Origin: Eledone cirrhosa
Taxonomy: Eukaryota
Reading direction: 5' to 3'
Length of the DNA: 64,000 nt
Assembly: GCA_964016885.1 (NCBI GenBank)
Contig: OZ024740.1
Coordinates: 399,528,001 to 399,592,000, forward strand
Position 1 is the first letter of the stretch. Each line of letters opens with the position of its first letter. Shown here in pieces: positions 53,701 through 64,000 of this stretch. Under the pieces are notes generated by a model. It did no database searches, was not told the DNA's origin, and saw nothing but the letters and a program-made list of their open reading frames with translations. Made by a program: the position numbers and the translations under genes.

Positions 53701-54530
53701 CTGGGTGCTTTTTGCTGTGACTCCTACACGACCACTTTACACTGTGGGCTGGGTGCTTTTTGTTGGGACTCCTACACGACCACTTTACACTCTGGGTTGG
53801 GTGCTTTTTGTTGGGACTCCTACACGACCACTTTACACTGTGGGCTGGGTGCTTTCTGTTGGGACTCCTACACGACCACTTTACACTGTGGGCTGGGTGC
53901 TTTTTGTTGGGACTCCTACACGACCACTTTACACTCTGGGCTGGGTGCTTTTTGTTGGGACTCCTACACGACCACTTTACACTCTGGGCTGGGTGCTTTT
54001 TGTTGACTTCTACATGACCACTTTACAGTGAGGGCTGGGTGCTTTTAGTCGTGACTCCTACACAACCACTTTACAGTGTGGGCTGGGTGCTTTTTGTTGT
54101 GACTCCCTAATGACCACTTTACAGTGGGATGGGTGCTTTTTGTTGTGACTCCTACACGACCACTTTACACTCTGGGCTGGGTGCTTTTTGTTGTGACTCC
54201 TACACAACGACTTTACAGTGTGGGCTGGGTGCTTTTTGTTGGGACTCCTACACGACCACTTTACACTCTGGGCTGGGTGCTTTTTGTTATGACTTCTATA
54301 CGACCACTTTACAGTGTGGGAAGGGTGCTTTTTGTGGTGACTCCTAAATGACCACTTTACACTGTGGGCTGGGTGCTTTTTGTTGTGACTCCTAAATGAC
54401 CACTTTACGGTGGGATGGGTGCTTTTTGTTGTGACTCCTACACGACCAATTTACAGGGTGGGCTGGGTGCTTTTTGTTTTGACTCCTACATGACCACTTT
54501 ACAGTGGGATGGGTGCTTTTTGATGAGACT
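41150..54530 (+). repeat. Tandem duplication of an ~6.69-kb satellite block (third partial copy at ~47840-54530)
   Basis: Offsets 6689 (41414/48103, 44569/51258) and 6687 (45586/52273, 47817/54504). Confidence 0.92.
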
Positions 54531-54589
54531 CCTACACGACCACTTTACAGTGTGGGCTGGGTGCTTTTTTTTGTGACTCCTACACGACT

Positions 54590-57500
54590 ACTTTACAGTG
54601 TGGGATGGGTGCTTTTTGTTGTGACTCCTACACGACCACTTTACACTCTGGGCTGGGTGCTTTTTGTTGGGACTCCTACACGACCACTTTACACTCTGGG
54701 CTGGGTGCTTTTTGTTGTGACTCCTACACGACCACTTTACACTCTGGGCTGGGTGCTTTTTGTTATGACTTCTACACGACCACTTTACACTGTGGGCTCG
54801 GTGCTTTTTGTTGTGACTCCTACACAACCACTTTACAGTGTGGGCTGCATGCTTTTTGTTGTGAATCCTACACGACCACTTTACACTCTGGGCTGGGTGC
54901 TTTTTGTTATGACTTCTATAAGACCACTTTACACTGTGGGCTGGGTGCTTTTTGTTGTGACTCCTACACAACCACTTTACACTGTGGGCTGGGTGCTTTT
55001 TGTTATGATTTCTACACGACCACTTTACAGTGTGGGCTGGGTGCTTTTTGTTGTGACTCCTACATGACCACTTTACAGTGTGGGATGGGTACTTTTTGTT
55101 GTGACTCCTACACGACCACTTTACAGTGTGGGCTGGGTCCTTTTTGTTGCGACTCCTACACGACCACTTTACACTCTGGGCTGGGTGCTTTTTGTTGGGA
55201 CTCCTACACGACCACTTTACACTCTGGGCTGGGTGCTTTTTGTTGGGACTCCTACACGACCACTTTACACTCTGGGCTAGGTGCTTTTTGTTGTGACTCC
55301 TACACGACCACTTTACACTGTGGGCTGGGTACTTTTTGTGATGACTTCTACACGACCACTTTACAGTGTGGGCTGGGTGCTTTTTGTCGGGACTCCTACA
55401 CGACCACTTTACAGTGTGGGCTGGGTGCTTTTTGTTTTGACTCCTACATGACCACTTTACAGTGGGATGGGTGCTTTTTGTTGTGACTCCTACATGACCA
55501 CTTTACACTGTGGGCTGGGTGCTTTTTGTTGTGACTCCTACATGACCACTTTACAGTGTGGGCTGGGTGCTTTTTGTTGTGACTCCTACACGACCACTTT
55601 ACACTCTGGGCTGGGTGCTTTTTGTTGTGACTCCTAGACGACCACTTTACACTGTGGGCTGGGTGCTTTTTGTTATGACTTCTACACGACCACATAACAC
55701 TGTGTGCTCGGTGCTTTTTATTGTGACTCCTACACGACTAATTTACAGTGTGGGATGGGTGCTTTTTGTTGTGACTCCTACACGACCACTTTACACTCTG
55801 GGCTGGGTGCTTTTTGTTGGGACTCCTACACGACCACTTTACACTCTGGGCTGGGTGCTTTTTGTTGTGACTCCTACACGACCACTTTACACTCTGGGCT
55901 GGGTGCTTTTTGTTATGACTTCTACACGACCACTTTACACTGTGGGCTCGGTGCTTTTTGTTGTGACTCCTACACAACCACTTTACAGTGTGGGCTGCAT
56001 GCTTTTTGTTGTGAATCCTACACGACCACTTTACACTCTGGGCTGGGTGCTTTTTGTTATGACTTCTATAAGACCACTTTACACTGTGGGCTGGGTGCTT
56101 TTTGTTGTGACTCCTACACAACCACTTTACACTGTGGGCTGGGTGCTTTTTGTTATGATTTCTACACGACCACTTTACAGTGTGGGCTGGGTGCTTTTTG
56201 TTGTGACTCCTACATGACCACTTTACAGTGTGGGATGGGTACTTTTTGTTGTGACTCCTACACGACCACTTTACAGTGTGGGCTGGGTCCTTTTTGTTGC
56301 GACTCCTACACGACCACTTTACACTCTGGGCTGGGTGCTTTTTGTTGGGACTCCTACACGACCACTTTACACTCTGGGCTGGGTGCTTTTTGTTGGGACT
56401 CCTACACGACCACTTTACACTCTGGGCTAGGTGCTTTTTGTTGTGACTCCTACACGACCACTTTACACTGTGGGCTGGGTACTTTTTGTGATGACTTCTA
56501 CACGACCACTTTACAGTGTGGGCTGGGTGCTTTTTGTCGGGACTCCTACACGACCACTTTACAGTGTGGGCTGGGTGCTTTTTGTTTTGACTCCTACATG
56601 ACCACTTTACAGTGGGATGGGTGCTTTTTGTTGTGACTCCTACATGACCACTTTACACTGTGGGCTGGGTGCTTTTTGTTGTGACTCCTACATGACCACT
56701 TTACAGTGTGGGCTGGGTGCTTTTTGTTGTGACTCCTACACGACCACTTTACACTCTGGGCTGGGTGCTTTTTGTTGTGACTCCCTAATGACCACTTTAC
56801 AGTGGGATGGGTGCTTTTTGTTGTGACTCCTACACGACCACTTTACACTCTGGGCTGGGTGCTTTTTGTTGTGACTCCTACACAACGACTTTACAGTGTG
56901 GGCTGGGTGCTTTTTGTTGGGACTCCTACACGACCACTTTACACTCTGGGCTGGGTGCTTTTTGTTATGACTTCTATACGACCACTTTACAGTGTGGGAA
57001 GGGTGCTTTTTGTTGTGACTCCTAAATGACCACTTTACACTGTGGGCTGGGTGCTTTTTGTTGTGACTCCTAAATGACCACTTTACGGTGGGATGGGTGC
57101 TTTTTGTTGTGACTCCTACACGACCAATTTACAGGGTGGGCTGGGTGCTTTTTGTTTTGACTCCTACATGACCACTTTACAGTGGGATGGGTGCTTTTTG
57201 ATGAGACTCCTACACGACCACTTTACAGTGTGGGCTGGGTGCTTTTTTTTGTGACTCCTACACGACTACTTTACAGTGTGGGATGGGTGCTTTTTGTTGT
57301 GACTCCTACACGACCACTTTACACTCTGGGCTGGGTGCTTTTTGTTGGGACTCCTACACGACCACTTTACACTCTGGGCTGGGTGCTTTTTGTTGTGACT
57401 CCTACACGACCACTTTACACTCTGGGCTGGGTGCTTTTTGTTATGACTTCTACACGACCACTTTACACTGTGGGCTCGGTGCTTTTTGTTGTGACTCCTA

Positions 57501-60500
57501 CACAACCACTTTACAGTGTGGGCTGCATGCTTTTTGTTGTGAATCCTACACGACCACTTTACACTCTGGGCTGGGTGCTTTTTGTTATGACTTCTATAAG
57601 ACCACTTTACACTGTGGGCTGGGTGCTTTTTGTTGTGACTCCTACACAACCACTTTACACTGTGGGCTGGGTGCTTTTTGTTATGATTTCTACACGACCA
57701 CTTTACAGTGTGGGCTGGGTGCTTTTTGTTGTGACTCCTACATGACCACTTTACAGTGTGGGATGGGTACTTTTTGTTGTGACTCCTACACGACCACTTT
57801 ACAGTGTGGGCTGGGTCCTTTTTGTTGCGACTCCTACACGACCACTTTACACTCTGGGCTGGGTGCTTTTTGTTGGGACTCCTACACGACCACTTTACAC
57901 TCTGGGCTGGGTGCTTTTTGTTGGGACTCCTACACGACCACTTTACACTCTGGGCTAGGTGCTTTTTGTTGTGACTCCTACACGACCACTTTACACTGTG
58001 GGCTGGGTACTTTTTGTGATGACTTCTACACGACCACTTTACAGTGTGGGCTGGGTGCTTTTTGTCGGGACTCCTACACGACCACTTTACAGTGTGGGCT
58101 GGGTGCTTTTTGTTTTGACTCCTACATGACCACTTTACAGTGGGATGGGTGCTTTTTGTTGTGACTCCTACATAACCACTTTACACTGTGGGCTGGGTGC
58201 TTTTTGTTGTGACTCCTACATGACCACTTTACAGTGTGGGCTGGGTGCTTTTTGTTGTGACTCCTACACGACCACTTTACACTCTGGGCTGGGTGCTTTT
58301 TGTTGTGACTCCTAGACGACCACTTTACACTGTGGGCTGGGTGCTTTTTGTTATGACTTCTACACGACCACATAACACTGTGTGCTCGGTGCTTTTTATT
58401 GTGACTCCTACACGACTAATTTACAGTGTGGGATGGGTGCTTTTTGTTGTGACTCCTACACGACCACTTTACACTCTGGGCTGGGTGCTTTTTGTTGGGA
58501 CTCCTACACGACCACTTTACACTCTGGGCTGGGTGCTTTTTGTTGTGACTCCTACACGACCACTTTACACTCTGGGCTGGGTGCTTTTTGTTATGACTTC
58601 TACACGACCACTTTACACTGTGGGCTCGGTGCTTTTTGTTGTGACTCCTACACAACCACTTTACAGTGTGGGCTGCATGCTTTTTGTTGTGAATCCTACA
58701 CGACCACTTTACACTCTGGGCTGGGTGCTTTTTGTTATGACTTCTATAAGACCACTTTACACTGTGGGCTGGGTGCTTTTTGTTGTGACTCCTACACAAC
58801 CACTTTACACTGTGGGCTGGGTGCTTTTTGTTATGATTTCTACACGACCACTTTACAGTGTGGGCTGGGTGCTTTTTGTTGTGACTCCTACATGACCACT
58901 TTACAGTGTGGGATGGGTACTTTTTGTTGTGACTCCTACACGACCACTTTACAGTGTGGGCTGGGTCCTTTTTGTTGCGACTCCTACACGACCACTTTAC
59001 ACTCTGGGCTGGGTGCTTTTTGTTGGGACTCCTACACGACCACTTTACACTCTGGGCTGGGTGCTTTTTGTTGGGACTCCTACACGACCACTTTACACTC
59101 TGGGCTAGGTGCTTTTTGTTGTGACTCCTACACGACCACTTTACACTGTGGGCTGGGTACTTTTTGTGATGACTTCTACACGACCACTTTACAGTGTGGG
59201 CTGGGTGCTTTTTGTCGGGACTCCTACACGACCACTTTACAGTGTGGGCTGGGTGCTTTTTGTTTTGACTCCTACATGACCACTTTACAGTGGGATGGGT
59301 GCTTTTTGTTGTGACTCCTACATGACCACTTTACACTGTGGGCTGGGTGCTTTTTGTTGTGACTCCTACATGACCACTTTACAGTGTGGGCTGGGTGCTT
59401 TTTGTTGTGACTCCTACACGACCACTTTACACTCTGGGCTGGGTGCTTTTTGTTGTGACTCCTAGACGACCACTTTACACTGTGGGCTGGGTGCTTTTTG
59501 TTATGACTTCTACACGACCACATAACACTGTGTGCTCGGTGCTTTTTATTGTGACTCCTACACGACTAATTTACAGTGTGGGATGGGTGCTTTTTGTTGT
59601 GACTCCTACACGACCACTTTACACTCTGGGCTGGGTGCTTTTTGTTGGGACTCCTACACGACCACTTTACACTCTGGGCTGGGTGCTTTTTGTTGTGACT
59701 CCTACACGACCACTTTACACTCTGGGCTGGGTGCTTTTTGTTATGACTTCTACACGACCACTTTACACTGTGGGCTCGGTGCTTTTTGTTGTGACTCCTA
59801 CACAACCACTTTACAGTGTGGGCTGCATGCTTTTTGTTGTGAATCCTACACGACCACTTTACACTCTGGGCTGGGTGCTTTTTGTTATGACTTCTATAAG
59901 ACCACTTTACACTGTGGGCTGGGTGCTTTTTGTTGTGACTCCTACACAACCACTTTACACTGTGGGCTGGGTGCTTTTTGTTATGATTTCTACACGACCA
60001 CTTTACAGTGTGGGCTGGGTGCTTTTTGTTGTGACTCCTACATGACCACTTTACAGTGTGGGATGGGTACTTTTTGTTGTGACTCCTACACGACCACTTT
60101 ACAGTGTGGGCTGGGTCCTTTTTGTTGCGACTCCTACACGACCACTTTACACTCTGGGCTGGGTGCTTTTTGTTGGGACTCCTACACGACCACTTTACAC
60201 TCTGGGCTGGGTGCTTTTTGTTGGGACTCCTACACGACCACTTTACACTCTGGGCTAGGTGCTTTTTGTTGTGACTCCTACACGACCACTTTACACTGTG
60301 GGCTGGGTACTTTTTGTGATGACTTCTACACGACCACTTTACAGTGTGGGCTGGGTGCTTTTTGTCGGGACTCCTACACGACCACTTTACAGTGTGGGCT
60401 GGGTGCTTTTTGTTTTGACTCCTACATGACCACTTTACAGTGGGATGGGTGCTTTTTGTTGTGACTCCTACATGACCACTTTACACTGTGGGCTGGGTGC

Positions 60501-63500
60501 TTTTTGTTGTGACTCCTACATGACCACTTTACAGTGTGGGCTGGGTGCTTTTTGTTGTGACTCCTACACGACCACTTTACACTCTGGGCTGGGTGCTTTT
60601 TGTTGTGACTCCTAGACGACCACTTTACACTGTGGGCTGGGTGCTTTTTGTTATGACTTCTACACGACCACATAACACTGTGTGCTCGGTGCTTTTTATT
60701 GTGACTCCTACACGACTAATTTACAGTGTGGGATGGGTGCTTTTTGTTGTGACTCCTACACGACCACTTTACACTCTGGGCTGGGTGCTTTTTGTTGGGA
60801 CTCCTACACGACCACTTTACACTCTGGGCTGGGTGCTTTTTGTTGTGACTCCTACACGACCACTTTACACTCTGGGCTGGGTGCTTTTTGTTATGACTTC
60901 TACACGACCACTTTACACTGTGGGCTCGGTGCTTTTTGTTGTGACTCCTACACAACCACTTTACAGTGTGGGCTGCATGCTTTTTGTTGTGAATCCTACA
61001 CGACCACTTTACACTCTGGGCTGGGTGCTTTTTGTTATGACTTCTATAAGACCACTTTACACTGTGGGCTGGGTGCTTTTTGTTGTGACTCCTACACAAC
61101 CACTTTACACTGTGGGCTGGGTGCTTTTTGTTATGATTTCTACACGACCACTTTACAGTGTGGGCTGGGTGCTTTTTGTTGTGACTCCTACATGACCACT
61201 TTACAGTGTGGGATGGGTACTTTTTGTTGTGACTCCTACACGACCACTTTACAGTGTGGGCTGGGTCCTTTTTGTTGCGACTCCTACACGACCACTTTAC
61301 ACTCTGGGCTGGGTGCTTTTTGTTGGGACTCCTACACGACCACTTTACACTCTGGGCTGGGTGCTTTTTGTTGGGACTCCTACACGACCACTTTACACTC
61401 TGGGCTAGGTGCTTTTTGTTGTGACTCCTACACGACCACTTTACACTGTGGGCTGGGTACTTTTTGTGATGACTTCTACACGACCACTTTACAGTGTGGG
61501 CTGGGTGCTTTTTGTCGGGACTCCTACACGACCACTTTACAGTGTGGGCTGGGTGCTTTTTGTTTTGACTCCTACATGACCACTTTACAGTGGGATGGGT
61601 GCTTTTTGTTGTGACTCCTACATGACCACTTTACACTGTGGGCTGGGTGCTTTTTGTTGTGACTCCTACATGACCACTTTACAGTGTGGGCTGGGTGCTT
61701 TTTGTTGTGACTCCTACACGACCACTTTACACTCTGGGCTGGGTGCTTTTTGTTGTGACTCCCTAATGACCACTTTACAGTGGGATGGGTGCTTTTTGTT
61801 GTGACTCCTACACGACCACTTTACACTCTGGGCTGGGTGCTTTTTGTTGTGACTCCTACACAACGACTTTACAGTGTGGGCTGGGTGCTTTTTGTTGGGA
61901 CTCCTACACGACCACTTTACACTCTGGGCTGGGTGCTTTTTGTTATGACTTCTATACGACCACTTTACAGTGTGGGAAGGGTGCTTTTTGTTGTGACTCC
62001 TAAATGACCACTTTACACTGTGGGCTGGGTGCTTTTTGTTGTGACTCCTAAATGACCACTTTACGGTGGGATGGGTGCTTTTTGTTGTGACTCCTACACG
62101 ACCAATTTACAGGGTGGGCTGGGTGCTTTTTGTTTTGACTCCTACATGACCACTTTACAGTGGGATGGGTGCTTTTTGATGAGACTCCTACACGACCACT
62201 TTACAGTGTGGGCTGGGTGCTTTTTTTTGTGACTCCTACACGACTACTTTACAGTGTGGGATGGGTGCTTTTTGTTGTGACTCCTACACGACCACTTTAC
62301 ACTCTGGGCTGGGTGCTTTTTGTTGGGACTCCTACACGACCACTTTACACTCTGGGCTGGGTGCTTTTTGTTGTGACTCCTACACGACCACTTTACACTC
62401 TGGGCTGGGTGCTTTTTGTTATGACTTCTACACGACCACTTTACACTGTGGGCTCGGTGCTTTTTGTTGTGACTCCTACACAACCACTTTACAGTGTGGG
62501 CTGCATGCTTTTTGTTGTGAATCCTACACGACCACTTTACACTCTGGGCTGGGTGCTTTTTGTTATGACTTCTATAAGACCACTTTACACTGTGGGCTGG
62601 GTGCTTTTTGTTGTGACTCCTACACAACCACTTTACACTGTGGGCTGGGTGCTTTTTGTTATGATTTCTACACGACCACTTTACAGTGTGGGCTGGGTGC
62701 TTTTTGTTGTGACTCCTACATGACCACTTTACAGTGTGGGATGGGTACTTTTTGTTGTGACTCCTACACGACCACTTTACAGTGTGGGCTGGGTCCTTTT
62801 TGTTGCGACTCCTACACGACCACTTTACACTCTGGGCTGGGTGCTTTTTGTTGGGACTCCTACACGACCACTTTACACTCTGGGCTGGGTGCTTTTTGTT
62901 GGGACTCCTACACGACCACTTTACACTCTGGGCTAGGTGCTTTTTGTTGTGACTCCTACACGACCACTTTACACTGTGGGCTGGGTACTTTTTGTGATGA
63001 CTTCTACACGACCACTTTACAGTGTGGGCTGGGTGCTTTTTGTCGGGACTCCTACACGACCACTTTACAGTGTGGGCTGGGTGCTTTTTGTTTTGACTCC
63101 TACATGACCACTTTACAGTGGGATGGGTGCTTTTTGTTGTGACTCCTACATGACCACTTTACACTGTGGGCTGGGTGCTTTTTGTTGTGACTCCTACATG
63201 ACCACTTTACAGTGTGGGCTGGGTGCTTTTTGTTGTGACTCCTACACGACCACTTTACACTCTGGGCTGGGTGCTTTTTGTTGTGACTCCTAGACGACCA
63301 CTTTACACTGTGGGCTGGGTGCTTTTTGTTATGACTTCTACACGACCACATAACACTGTGTGCTCGGTGCTTTTTATTGTGACTCCTACACGACTAATTT
63401 ACAGTGTGGGATGGGTGCTTTTTGTTGTGACTCCTACACGACCACTTTACACTCTGGGCTGGGTGCTTTTTGTTGGGACTCCTACACGACCACTTTACAC

Positions 63501-64000
63501 TCTGGGCTGGGTGCTTTTTGTTGTGACTCCTACACGACCACTTTACACTCTGGGCTGGGTGCTTTTTGTTATGACTTCTACACGACCACTTTACACTGTG
63601 GGCTCGGTGCTTTTTGTTGTGACTCCTACACAACCACTTTACAGTGTGGGCTGCATGCTTTTTGTTGTGAATCCTACACGACCACTTTACACTCTGGGCT
63701 GGGTGCTTTTTGTTATGACTTCTATAAGACCACTTTACACTGTGAGCTGGGTGCTTTTTGTTGTGACTCCTACACAACCACTTTACACTGTGGGCTGGGT
63801 GCTTTTTGTTATGATTTCTACACGACCACTTTACAGTGTGGGCTGGGTGCTTTTTGTTGTGACTCCTACATGACCACTTTACAGTGTGGGATGGGTACTT
63901 TTTGTTGTGACTCCTACACGACCACTTTACAGTGTGGGCTGGGTCCTTTTTGTTGCGACTCCTACACGACCACTTTACACTCTGGGCTGGGTGCTTTTTG
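54590..64000 (+). repeat. 1150-bp higher-order repeat (24 monomers: 23x48 + 1x46), punctuated by a recurring ~378-bp insert
   Basis: Identical ORFs at a 1150 spacing (55080/56230; 58236/59386/60536; 58382/59532/60682). The marker GATGAGACTCC monomer recurs at ORF starts 54504, 57182 and 62160 (spacings 2678 = 2x1150+378 and 4978 = 4x1150+378). Confidence 0.93.

Larger units (their letters stand above)
3666..64000 (+). repeat. 48-bp tandem satellite array (>60 kb, ~1,250 monomers, open at the right end)
   Basis: Continuous head-to-tail units ACCACTTTACAGTGTGGGCTGGGTGCTTTTTGTTGTGACTCCTACACG with point variants and 46/47/49-bp length variants. The ORF track shows 16-aa periodicity. No inversions or foreign insertions were seen. 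Confidence 0.99.

Noticed and set aside
3854-63873. Hundreds of ORFs encoding Cys/Thr-rich (DSYTTTLQCGLGAFCC)n, (VTPTRPLYSVGWVLFV)n or minus-strand (SHNKKHPAHTVKWSCR)n proteins
   Set aside because: The 48-bp unit is a multiple of 3 and lacks stops in several frames, so overlapping ORFs arise automatically. Frequent 1-2 bp indels and TAA variants break frames at random. There is no unique N- or C-terminus and no frame-preserving pattern.
3666-64000. CRISPR array or variable-cassette (diversity-generating) system
   Set aside because: There are no unique spacers: the whole unit repeats, variation is limited to a few recurrent alleles, no cas or RT genes are present, and the context is eukaryotic.
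3666-64000. G-quadruplex or telomeric repeat array
   Set aside because: There are only two GGG runs per 48 bp, separated by ~40 nt from the next pair, and no TTAGGG-type repeats.

Overview
Non-coding, eukaryotic (animal) repetitive DNA with no supportable protein-coding gene. The dispersed repeats look like cephalopod (Octopus-type) SINE/MITE families, but this is from memory and not database-verified. Bases 1-3665 are an AT-rich mosaic of decayed SINEs, microsatellites, a TTAA-flanked piggyBac-like MITE and a ~390-bp foldback with perfect 174-bp arms inserted in a (TA)n tract. Each arm carries a minimal type-I hammerhead ribozyme motif of the kind found in Penelope-like elements, so either strand yields one. 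From 3666 to the window end (>60 kb, about 1,250 units) there is one uninterrupted, single-orientation 48-bp satellite (consensus ACCACTTTACA[GTG/CTG/CTC]TGGG[C/A]TGGGTGCTTTTTGTTGTGACTCCTACACG). It starts in register inside a SINE copy and appears to be an amplified SINE segment. The array is layered: irregular 3-6 kb duplications proximally, 8.9-kb and 6.7-kb block duplications centrally, and a near-perfect 1150-bp (24-monomer) higher-order repeat distally. All ORFs from 3854 onward are artefacts of a 48-bp unit with stop-free frames.
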